From Eledone cirrhosa (taxonomy: Eukaryota), in the NCBI GenBank assembly GCA_964016885.1, contig OZ024751.1, positions 31,000,001-31,064,000 on the forward strand: a stretch of DNA of 64,000 nucleotides, in the 5' to 3' direction. Both the position numbers and the translations under genes were made by a program. The notes under the pieces were generated by a model. That model did no database searches, had not been told where the DNA came from, and saw only the letters and a program-made list of their open reading frames with translations. Position 1 is the first letter of the stretch; each line of letters begins with the position of its first letter. Below, piece after piece: positions 1 to 12,576 of the stretch.

Positions 1-1095
1 CATGTGAAGATGTGTACCTTACTAGTAAAGTTTAGACATGTGAAGATGTGTACCTTACTAGTAAAGTTTAGACATGTGAAAATGTGTACCTTACTAGTAA
101 AGTTTAGTCATGTGAAGATGTGTACCTTACTAGTAAAGTTTAGTCATGTGAAGATGTGTACCTTACTAGTAAAGTTTAGTCATGTGAAGATGTGTACCTT
201 ACTAGTAAAGTTTAGACATGTGAAGATGTGTACCTTACTGGTGCAGTTTAGAAATGTGAAGATGTGTACCTTACTAGTAAAGTTTAGACATGTGAAGATG
301 TGTACCTTACTAGTAAAGTTTAGACATGTGAAGATGTGTACCTTACTGGTGCAGTTTAGTCATGTGAAGATGTGTACCTTACTAGTAAAGTTTAGTCATG
401 TGAAGATGTGTACCTTACTGGTGCAGTTTAGTCATGTGAAGATGTGTACCTTACTGGTGCAGTTTAGTCATGTGAAGATGTGTACCTTACTGGTGCAGTT
501 TAGATATGTGAAGATGTGTACCTTACTGGTGCAGTTTAGATATGTGAAGATGTGTACCTTACTGGTGCAGTTTAGACATGTGAAGATGTGTACCTTACTA
601 GTAAAGTTTAGTCATGTGAAGATGTGTACCTTACTGGTGCAGTTTAGATATGTGAAGATGTGTACCTTACTGGTGCAGTTTAGATATGTGAAGATGTGTA
701 CCTTACTGGTGCAGTTTAGACATGTGAAGATGTGTACCTTACTAGTAAAGTTTAGTCATGTGAAGATGTGTACCTTACTGGTGCAGTTTAGATATGTGAA
801 GATGTGTACCTTACTGGTGCAGTTTAGATATGTGAAGATGTGTACCTTACTGGTGCAGTTTAGACATGTGAAGATGTGTACCTTACTGGTGCAGTTTAGT
901 CATGTGAAGATGTGTACCTTACTAGTAAAGTTTAGTCATGTGAAGATGTGTACCTTACTGGTGCAGTTTAGATATGTGAAGATGTGTACCTTACTGGTGC
1001 AGTTTAGATATGTGAAGATGTGTACCTTACTGGTGCAGTTTAGAAATGTGAAGATGTGTACCTTACTGGTGCAGTTTAGATATGTGAAGGTGTGT
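1..1095. repeat. 36-bp minisatellite (~30 copies, open at window start)
   Basis: Unit CATGTGAAGATGTGTACCTTACT(AGTAA|GGTGC)AGTTTAG(A/T); lies upstream of the first visible PWWP exon, so probably intronic. Confidence 0.97.
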
Positions 1096-1226
1096 ACATT
1101 ATCAACACTAAAGAGATTGTCATACCAGCATTAACAAAACAATCAACATGACAATAATGATGACAACAAAGAAACACAGACACACATACAGCTTCCATTT
1201 TAATATAGTTACCATTTCTTGATGTA

Positions 1227-1435
1227 CCGTATATACTGGAATACAAGCTGAGGAATATGTAACCAAAAATTTCATGGTAAAAGGGGCATCGGCTTATATT
1301 TGGGGTCAATATTTTGATGATTTTTCACTAATTTTAAATTCTATATAAATAAGGTTTGGATTTTTGCCCATTTCTCAGGCATAAAATGGTGGAGTCATAT
1401 TATGTTTGTATCAGCTTATATTCGAGTATATACGG
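1227..1435. mobile_element. Tc1/mariner-superfamily (pogo/Tc2-like) MITE
   Basis: TIR CCGTATATACTGGAATACAAGCTGA / TCAGCTTATATTCGAGTATATACGG with TA on both sides. Confidence 0.75.
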
Positions 1436-1489
1436 TATATAGAAATCTATTCCATTATGTGATGTGTGAACTATTTTTCATTTAAATAG

Positions 1490-4400
1490 GTTGTTGCCCA
1501 GGAAGATTGTAAGATTGTTGACCATGGGAAAAAAAGTCCCATAGCTTACATCACATTTCCCTGTGAAGATGCTTAGTAAGTATTTTATTTTATTACTTTA
1601 AATATTTGTTAACTTTACAAGAAAATAACTTCTACATCTCTGCTATTTTCTTAATAGAATGCCTTGCTTGATTGAATTCTCAATTTTATGAATGATTCTG
1701 CCATTTATATCACTCACTGACAAACCATATGCTATTGTAAATAACAATGTCCGTTCAATTATACATTATTTAATGATTAGGACAAAATACTAGCATTTGT
1801 TTTGGCTCTCTGTGTTCTGAGTTCAAATCCTGGTGAGGCCAACTTTGCCTTTCATCTTTTCAGGGTCGATAAAATAAAGTACCAGTCCAGGATGGTGGCT
1901 TGTTGGAGTTCTTAGTGTGTCAGATGGAATGCCTTGTAGTATTTGTTCTGGTCCTTTACATTCTCTGGCATACTTGGGTGGTAAACAGAATCTATTACCC
2001 AGTTTAACACCACCACCTGGTCTTTTGGTGGTAAATTTACTTTATTGCCCAGTTTAACACCACCACCTGGTCTTTTGGTGGTAAATTTACTTTATTGCCC
2101 AGTTTAACACCACCATCTGGTCTTTTGGGTACCTTTAGCAAAGTCCACTCTGTTACAAACATTCAACCCAGGTCTCTAGTTGGAAGATACCTTCCTCCCA
2201 CCTGATCTGATAAAAAAAAGTACCAGTCAAGTACTGGGGTCAATTCTCTTTCCCTCTCTCTTTCTTCTTCTCTGAAAGAAATCAGCTCTGTTCAGACCTG
2301 GAGAGGGAATGGGCTCCACCAGGTTTACAATACCCAAGACACGCTGTAAGTCTCTACAGTGCCCCCTACGACTCCATCAGGAGATACGGCTCTATATGTG
2401 TAAAAGTTATGGTTTGGTTTTATTTCCAGTGATATTATTCGCTCGGAAGCTAACATCATGCCATTTAATACAGAACACAAGAAGAACTACATAAAAAAAG
2501 GTAAGACAAGGCCTTGCTTTACAATCCTATAATGTCTGACATTTTGTTGGCTCTGCATTATAACAATTATTGTTTGATTTTAGTGTTGATCAACATTGCA
2601 CCCAGTACACTCTGTAAAGTGGTTGGTAGTAGGAAAAGCATCTAGCTGTAGAAAATCCGCCAAACAAAGGGTTGGGAAGACTTTTCAGTTGTGCTATGAT
2701 AAAATTCACTCGCCACGGGATCTTTATGTCGGACCCCCAGTCTACCTGGAGGTCAGTCGCTCTGTTTGAGTACTGACTGGTTTGTGACGACATGTCCAAT
2801 CCTCCTTGCTAGTGATGACATATCCAGCCTTTGTTAGTATTGACCAGTCTGTGACATGTCCAATACTTATTATTGACCAGTCAGTGACATTTCAAACTCT
2901 TGTTAGTTTTGACCAGTCTGTGACATGGCCAACTCTTATTAGTATTGACCAGTCTCTGATGACATGTCCAGCCCTTGTTAGTATTGACCAGTCTGTGATG
3001 ACATGTCCAACTCTTGTTAGTATTGACCAGTCTGTGATGACATGTCCAACTCTTGTTAGTATTGACCAGTCTCTGATGACATGTTCAATCCTTGCTAGCA
3101 GTGAAAAGTGATGAAGCAAGCTACCAACAATAGAGTATTGATATTTCCAGGGAACTTATCTTTCCCGAAAGCTATGAGAAACCAGAGTCCAGCATCAGGT
3201 ATATAAATCCTTATGATTATGAAATAAGATTTAATGAGAAGTCATATCTTATCTCCTCAGTCTTATGACACGTTTACTACTTCACTGTTATATGACAACT
3301 GTTTTAGGTTATTTTCTTTTTAATCTAGGAGGATTTGTGCTGAGATCTTCACTCTAACACAACCCTTCATAATTTGTGCTATTAGAACTTCCCCCACCTC
3401 CATGGTGCCTCTATATAGCTAGGTTAAAGTCACCTAGGCTGTTCTGTAAATCACCAACACAACTGAAAAGTCCTCGTCCCTTCACAAGAGAAATTGTTAC
3501 AACAAATTATTCCTTGATTTTACTATGCTTCTCCTGTTTACAAGGATAAAGTATACAACTATGTTATGTTGTGGTCCTTTCTGACTGTTAAAAGGACCTA
3601 ACAAATACAGTACCAGTAATACGTGACACACCACTCACTCATCGTTTGATGCCAACTATTATTATCAACAAGGTTATTTCCTTATCTCATGTCTACTCTA
3701 AAACCTCCTATTAACATGGTTAATAAAAGAAAAATAGTTTGTTTTTTCAATATTTATATTGTTTATAATTTTTTTAATCTATTATGAAATTCTTTGTATT
3801 GTCATCATTCATCTTTTCCAGGTGAAAATCTACCGAATGATTTGAGTGAAAGATTCATAATGGCTCTAAAATGTGCTCAAAAAGCTGCTAAGGAGAACTT
3901 TGATACTACAAAGAAAAGTTCCCCAGTTAAGAATCCAAGTGACTCTATATTTAATAGTTCCTTCAACAGTAATTCTTCTATTGTTGCTCGCAGTTCACAG
4001 AACCAAGCAGATGTACATCATGAGAATCTAGTCGCTTCATCTGTAGCCAGCAGCACTATTACTAGTTACACAAACGAGAGCAGTGACCACATGAAGTATA
4101 CTTGTAGCCAGTGTAACTTTTCTACCTGTCGGCTAAATTTGATGTTGATTCACTATAAGCCGGAAGAAAATGTCCTCCGCTGTCCTAGTCTGCCTGATTC
4201 TATTGTGAATAACGCCGACAACCGCAAGCGCCGAATGCTGGAAAATGATGCTTATCTGAGGAGTCAACACTACAAGGCTCCTCGTCGCATGAACACCCCA
4301 GAAGTGGCCAGCCGTGTTCCTTGCTATGCCCGCAAACCATCGTCACCTCCTCCCCAGAAGGCTTTACCTGCCACGCCTCACGACAGAGGAAGTTGTTATA

Positions 4401-7400
4401 TGTTCCATGATGAACCCATTCGACAGCCAGCACACAAACCCAGCTTTTCATACCGGTCACTTCAGAAAAAAAAAGACAACTCCAGTGCGGGGGGAGACAG
4501 CGATACCTCAAAACGCAGTATTAGTTCTTTTACACAACCAAAGACATACACAAAACTGAAGTCATCAAAAGAGCAAAGAAATGGTGTGCTGTCTGTTGGC
4601 ACTGTTGACAAAAGAAAAGAGCTTCAGGCAAAGCCAAATAATGATAATATTTCTCTATCGGAAGATACTTTAGAGAAGTCTAACAGTAAAACTTACTCAA
4701 GTAGTGAAAGAAAATCTAATGGGGGAAAAGATGAGATGGAAGAGGAATCACCAAGGAAGAAAGTTCCTGCTTCTGAAAAGTAATGTTGGAATTGGACATT
4801 TTTCAGTCTTTCTCTTTTATTGATTATTTTCCATTTATCTATCAAAATAACTATCTGTCTATATATCTAGCCATCTATCTGTCTGTCTATTTACCTAGCT
4901 ATCCATTTGTCTGTATATCTATCGAACCATCTATCTATCTATTTATCTGTCTATCTATCTATCTCTATTTATCTGTCTGTTTGTCAATCTATCTATCTTT
5001 CTGTCTATTTATCTATCTATTTATCTCTGTTTATCTATCTGTCTGTCAGTCTATCCATCTCTATCTATCTAGCAGCCTATCTATCCCTACGTATTTATCT
5101 GTCTCTCTCTCTTGATCTATCCATCTCTGACTATCTTTATACATCCTATTTACCTATCTATTTCCATCTGGTGTATTTTAACAATGTAACATAGAATTCA
5201 TGAAATATGAAATGTTTACCAAGTCTTTATTGAGTATGTGTAATAGGTTTGACATTATCGAAGTAATCCTTGTTCGAACTGGCTGTAACTGGCCACTCAT
5301 ACCAACGTTAAGGTATTGTTCTCAAAATAAGTAACATCAAAATCTCATAGATTCGATATTATGTGTGATAATTATGTAAGGTAAAGCCTTTACCATGAAA
5401 ATATAATAGTAAATATAGAGTAATGTAATTGTTATGTGAGATAATTATGTAAGGTAAAGCCTTTACCATGAAAATATAATAGTAAATATAGAGTAATGTA
5501 ATTGTTATGTGAGATAATTATGTAAGGTAAAGCCTTTACCATGAAAATATAATAGTAAATATAGAGTAATGTAATTGTTATGTGAGATAATTATGTAAGG
5601 TAAAGCCTTTACCATGAAAATATAATAGTAAATATAGAGTAATGTAATTGTTATGCGAGATAATTATGTAAGGTAAAGCCTTTACCATGAAAATATAATA
5701 GTAAATATAGAGTAATGTAATTGTTAAAGGGTTAAATGATGTTCAAAGACACTGCTACCTTTATTATCACTAGATGAGAACAACATCGTCTTCTTCCACT
5801 CTCACACACACACACACTCTAAATCATGACGTTCGTTTACTCTATCTATGTACATCTCTTTGGCACTCCCCCTACCTCTATATATAGAAGAGGGCAAAGT
5901 CATAACTTTCTCTCTATCTCCCTCTTTCTGTCACCTCAAAAACACAGCGTTCCCTTTTCTCTCTCTATCTATGTGCATACCTCTCACTTAGCACTCCCCC
6001 TCTCTATATAAAGTGAGTGTGACGGACAGACAGCATTCTTATTATAATATAGACTAGCTGGACCCGTGAAAAAATTCATGGATAATTTTTTAAAATTTAA
6101 ATATTGTCCAATGAATATTTATCAGTTAATCAAAGTTGTTTGATTTGCAGTATTTTGGTGAATAAACAATTATATTTTCCTTTATTTTATGTATAATAAT
6201 GTAAGTTTATTTAAAATTAATTTCATAAAAGTGCACATAAAAAACATCCTTTAAAGCACTTCCCTATATACAATGTTTCTAGTAAAGGTGATTCCTCTTC
6301 TGTGGCCATGGGTGGATTGGTTTTGGGGTATCACTTTAACTCTCCCACTGTCCATCACCCTTGCTCAAACACTGCTCTTCAATTATGGCATTTTTTCACT
6401 GTTCAACTCTGTTTCTCATATTCTCTAGATACATTACTATGTAATTACTGAAAGCGTGACACACACGGTTGGGCGTACGGTACGTAGGTATAAGTGTATT
6501 AATATATAGATTATTATTATTGGTGGTTTGGCAGTATAGGTAGAGCGTCAGACACCATGATTTGCAGCATAGAGTTATGGCTCTTTATGTTCAACCCCTA
6601 AGGTTAGCTTTGCCCTTCATCCTTATAAATAAAGCACTTGGGTAATTGCTGGCCTTGTGCCAAAAGTAGAAACATTATTATTATAAGTAGTAGTAGTAGT
6701 AGTAGTATTACTGGATTTGGCAGAACTGTTTGAATGTTGGACAAAAAGGCTTTGTGGTATTTATTTGTTTTGGTTTTTTACATTCTGAGTTGAAACCCAA
6801 CCTAAGTCAACTTTGCCCTTCGTCCTTCTGGGGTTGATGAAATAGAAGTGAGTTGCGATGTCACTGGTTGTCAAGCTGTATTGGTCATTACCTTTCCCTT
6901 GAACAACATCGGTGGCGTGGATAGAGGAGGCTGGTATGTATGGGTTACTGCTGGTCTTCCACAAACAACTTTGCCCAGACTTGTGCCTGAGGGGAGGCTG
7001 GTATGTATGGGTTACTGCTGGTCTTCCACAAACAACTTTGCCCAGACTTGTGCCTGAGAGGGGAACTTTCTAGGTTCAAATCCCAGGTCATTCATAACCG
7101 AAGGGGGTCTTTACCCTATATATATCCCTTACCTTCTCTCATGCCCCTTCCCTCTCTCATATGTCACTTTTTCAATCCACCATTACCACAGGTCAAACAC
7201 AGATTCCAACCAAGAGAACAAGTCTGGTTCTTCTGATGAGAGTTCCTTTGGTACTGATGATGAAGCCACTGACTCAATCCCTTCCACAAAATCTGGTAAA
7301 TATCACACATCCACATTTTATTCTTTATCCTTAACCCTTTAACATTTAAACTGGCCATATCTGGCCAGAACTCTCTTATCTCTTTCTTTTCAAACCAATC

Positions 7401-8686
7401 GTAGCCAGCCACTCATACTGATGTTAAGATGTAGTTCTCAAAATAAATAATATCAAAATCTAGTAGATTCAATATTATGTAAGATATTTATGTGAGGTAA
7501 AGCCTTTACTGTGATAAAATAATAGTAAATATAGAGTAATGTGAATGCTAAAGGGTTAAATTTAATAACTTATTAATTGATGTCTTAGTTATTTTATCTT
7601 TAGGACATCCTGAAGATTATCTCTGATGAAAATATATTTTTATCACATTATTAAATCAACCATTTATTTCATGTTTCACATCCATTAAAGATATATTTCA
7701 GTCACATTATTAAAATCAACTATTTATTTATTCTTTACATCTGTTAAAAATATATTTTTAGCACATTAGTGGCAATTCCACTCTGTAAAGCGGTCGTGTA
7801 TGTGTCACAACAAAAAGCATCCTGTCCACACTGTAAAGTTGTCATGTAGTTGTCACGACAAAAAGTACCCAGTCAACACTGAAGTGGTCATGTATGTGTC
7901 ATAACAAAAAGCACCCAGTCCACATTGTAAGGTGATTGTGTAAGTGTCATGACAAAAAGCCCCCAGTCCACACTGTAAGGTGATCATGTAAGTGTCATGA
8001 CAAAAAGCACCCAGTCCACACTGTAAGTATCATGACAAAAAGCACCCAGTTCTCACTGTAAGGTGATCGTGTAAGTGTCATGACAAAAAGCACCCAGTCT
8101 GCACTGTAAATGTGATTGGCGTCCAGAGCATACAGTCATAGAAACCAAGCCAAAATCAGTTCTGTATTATGAGCAAGACATGGCCATCTGACCTGGCTTG
8201 TCTCACAATAGGACAATTCGTCTAACCCATGCTAGCATAAAAAAATGGACATTAAATGGTGATGATGATATTAAATTGACCATTTAGTTCATGTTTCATA
8301 TCTGTTAAAAATATATTTCATTCACATTATTAAAATCAATTTTTCTTGTCTTGCTTCAGATTTGCCTGTTGTGGAAAATGATGTAGTCTGGGTTAAATTC
8401 AACAAGTATCCATTCTGGCCTGCCTTGGTAGGTATTCTGTCTTCTCTGTTGTAATTTAGGGTGGCAAATTGGCTGAGTCAGTGGAACGTTGGATAGAATG
8501 TTTTGTGTTCTCTAAAAATGCAATTCATATTCCAGTTTTTAGAATAGATACTCCGTATCCCTGTGTATGAATAAGGCAACATTATTCATATATTTGTATA
8601 TACCAATCGCAACATTGACTCAAGGAATTAATTGGTAATTTTCTTCAATGTTGTGTCTTCAGAGATAGAAATGATAAAATAAGCAA

Positions 8687-8718
<32 letters not shown>

Positions 8719-10567
8719 ATTCTTTTTAAATATAAAATCTTGCTGCAATATATGACTATATTTCTAATAAAGTCTTAATTTCTTGTTTAGATAACTAAAG
8801 TCTATAAAAAAAAACACCACATCTACCGACTTGGCATTCGCTTTTTTGGTGAAATTCTCTCAAAGGAGTCATTGGAGTAAGTATAGTCCCTATCAAATAT
8901 ATTCACCATGATCAGAAATAGTAATGATGTCTTGTAATATATTTCTTTGTATTCTGAGTTACTTAAGAAAGGAATTTAGTTCTTGCTCTTCTGGTGACAT
9001 TTGTTTGATTGTTCAGATTGTGATCCATTAAATACAAGACAGGATTGTTAGTAGAAAGCTATAGTGATGAGGTTAGCCCTTGCTCCCTAACTATGGCCTC
9101 TAGTTGTAGGGTTACTGTCCATATGTTCAAAGAATATAATTCTTGCTCCTGTCATAGTTTGTTCTGCTACGAAAAAAAAATGGAACATGATTTTCCATCC
9201 TCACTTCATATTTTGAGTGTTAAATAAATATGGCATTAAGCTGTAAACACATTTTTCTCTAACAATAAAGTAGTAGAACTCTAAATTTTGTAGAACATAC
9301 ACCACCCAAGTGTATCTTAATTAAATATATAAATCAGTGTTTAAAAGAAAAATATTTTCTGTTATATTCTACCAGTTTAAAAGTTAATTTACCAAGGTAA
9401 AACTGGAGCTCTCAAAAAACTGATGAATTATTTACAATTTGAAAATTAAATTCAGATAATAACTTATGTTATAAGACAAATAGGGCCTGTTTTATTTTCT
9501 GCTTTCAGAGAAAAATTTCACCCATAATTTAGTGTTCAGTAGAACCTAACTTCAGTTCACAAACACCTTGCATCACGAACAATCTTTCCAAACATAAAAC
9601 GTCTTGTTTGCTGAACTGTGTCTCGAGTAACTAACACACAAGCCAGCAACAACAGCAGTTGGCAGCAAGCTTAGAGTATTGGTGGGAAAGCATCACTTGC
9701 TGTGCAGTTAGTTACTATGGGGATATATATCTATCTGTCTTTCACACTCAGTCTCTCTCTCAACATTTTGTATAGAAAAAATAGTTTCGGTTTACGAACA
9801 TTTTGGATGACAAACGGCCTTCAGGAACAAATTATAATAAGTTTGTGAACCGAGGTTCCACTGTATATCACGCTAATAGTTGAAATGTTTTTGAGGATAT
9901 TGTTTTTCACTGGCAAAGGACTGCCATGAGTGGAGGGATGTGCTGGAAAAGCAGGTATAATATGATGATTACTTAGTATTTTACCTTTTGTTGTTTTCTC
10001 TCTCTTAGGTTTGGCATCCGTTACAACACGGAATCTGTTGTTCCATATAATGATCTACGTAAAGAAGAATTTCTTGTAAGTATACCTTGCCTTTTTTTTC
10101 CACAATTCTTCATTATCACTGTTTAAACATCTGATTTCCATGTTTGCATGGGTTAGACAGGTTGTTACGTGCTGAGGTCTAACTGGTCAGCTGACTAGGT
10201 CCTGCTTGTACACTCCCTTTTGGCTTGGTTACTACAGTTGGATGTCCGTCCTAATGCCAACCACTTTACAGAGTGTACTGCAGGCATGGTTTCTACAGCT
10301 GGATGTCTTTCCTGGTGCCAACCTCTCTACAGAGTGTACTGGGAGCATTTCATCATGGCACCAACAGTATCACCTTATTGGTTTTGGTCATTGGATTGTG
10401 GCCAAGCTGGGGTATTGCCTTCATGGGTTTAGTCAATACTTCTTTTTTAAAGTCTGGAATATATATATATTTATTGTCAATCTCTGTTTGTTGGACTGCT
10501 AAGTTACAGGACATAATCAAACAACACTGGTTGTTAAGCTGTGTAGATGTACAGGCATACACGTGTG

Positions 10568-10630
<63 letters not shown>

Positions 10631-12529
10631 CTTATGGGCTTCCACACAGTTTGCATCTACTAAATGTAACACAAAGGCATTAGTCAACTAAAGTACCACA
10701 CAATGGGACAACTAGTAAGGGAACAAAAGAATAATTACTGGGGTCAATGTAATCAATTAAATCGCTTCAAGACAGTGCCCCAGCATGGCCACACTGACTG
10801 AAACCAGTGAAGAAATAAAAAAAAAAACCCTATATTTATTTTTATTGTTTATTTGTTTCAGAAAAAGGGAGAAGAAAGTGAGTTTAAAGAAAAATTTATG
10901 ATGGCTGTAAAAAGAGTAAACGAGTTTTTGAAGAAAGGTGATTGTGAAATAACCAGTGACAACACAGATCAATATATTTACAAATCCAGTTGTAGTTCGC
11001 CTGACCCTTCTCAATATGATAAAACAGATGCAGAAAACAGTTTGACGTCTGAGCCATCATGGTACCCAGTGGACAATGTGAATATTGTTGAAGATAGACA
11101 AACTGTTGAAATGGTTTCTAGGTCAGTATTTTACAGAGCATATATTGTTGTTGCTGTTTGGGTCGTTCAGGGATAGAAAGGATTAAGAGCTGGTGATCTA
11201 CACAATAAAAGCACCCAGTACATACTGTAAAGTGGTTGGTGTAGAAAGCTTGCCAAACTGGGTTAGCAGGATCCTTCAGTTTGTGTCAAAAGACTCAACA
11301 ACTTCTCTGCACTTGATAATAACTATACATAATCAGGGTACATACCTCGTTGGCCTGTCTGGGACATCAATGGCCCAACTTCAGTACTGACTTGGTCTAT
11401 GTAGATCCACCCAACCCTTGCAAGGAAAGCAGACGTTAACTGATGATATATATCAATTCCAGAGTCAGGCGCGATCAATACCTTAAGCTGATCGATCACA
11501 AAACCCATTTTAAAAGGTTTTTGTTTTGTTAAAATCTTCCTGCATAATTTGACATAAAAACCTTTTGTTAAGTTACGTTAGAAATACTATTTTAATAATG
11601 AAATAATTGATCATTTTAGTAAATCCTGGCAAATTCTTCATTAATTAACTTAGATATGATGTATGTCATTAGAAATTCAGTAACGAAAGGGTTAATATGA
11701 TAATACTAGGAATAACAGCAGGAAACGGAGGTAGTAAGAACTCTCTCTGATGTCTTATAATACCTGATGTGTCTATTTTATAATTTTCTGTTTGTCTCTA
11801 AGTGTTCTTGTGGATACCGCTGAAGATGTATGCCAAACTGTCTTAGAGCTGGATAATTCAGAACCATCCAAAGTAAGTTTTTTTTCTTTGCTCATCTCAC
11901 ATAATAGAATTTTTATTTTTTTTTTTATTTTTATTTTAGTTTTGAAATAAAATAATCAGACAAAGATTTATTTTGGCATGCAGTACTATAATAATTGTTT
12001 CTACTTTTGACACAAGGCCAGCAATTATCCCAGTGCATTACTGGTGCTTTATTTTATCGACCCCCGTAAGGATGAAAAGCAAGTTAACCTGGGTGGAATT
12101 TGAACTAAGACCGTAAAGAGCCGTGACTCTACACTGCATAGCATGGCGTCCGACTCTCTACCGATACTGCCAATCCTCTATACAGTGCTATATAATGTAC
12201 CAGGAGAATGGCCCGGCGTTGCTCGGGATTTGCTCTAGGGTTCTTATATATTTGATATATATTTATCCTTCTCGAGCCTCGTGAAGTAATGTTTATATTT
12301 TGTTATTGTGTATGCAAAAATATCTGTACACGAATATATAAATAACAGTACAGAGAAGTATGAAATACCTCGGCCTCGGGTTAGTGTCTACATTTTGTCC
12401 TTATAAAAAAAGTTTGCCGTACATTACCAGGGTTTTTTTCCGTTTGAAGAAAATCAATACTTTATCGCGAAATAAATACCTTTTGTTTATATGTGTATGC
12501 AAAAATATCTGTACACGAATATATAATTA

Positions 12530-12576
<47 letters not shown>

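Noticed and set aside
4-1134. 376-aa ORF of KMCTLLVKFRHV repeats
   Set aside because: Translation of a 36-bp tandem repeat; no splice or domain support.
7604-7655. Possible exon after TTTAG at 7603
   Set aside because: Stops in the required frame; exons 7192-7295 and 8360 already join in phase.
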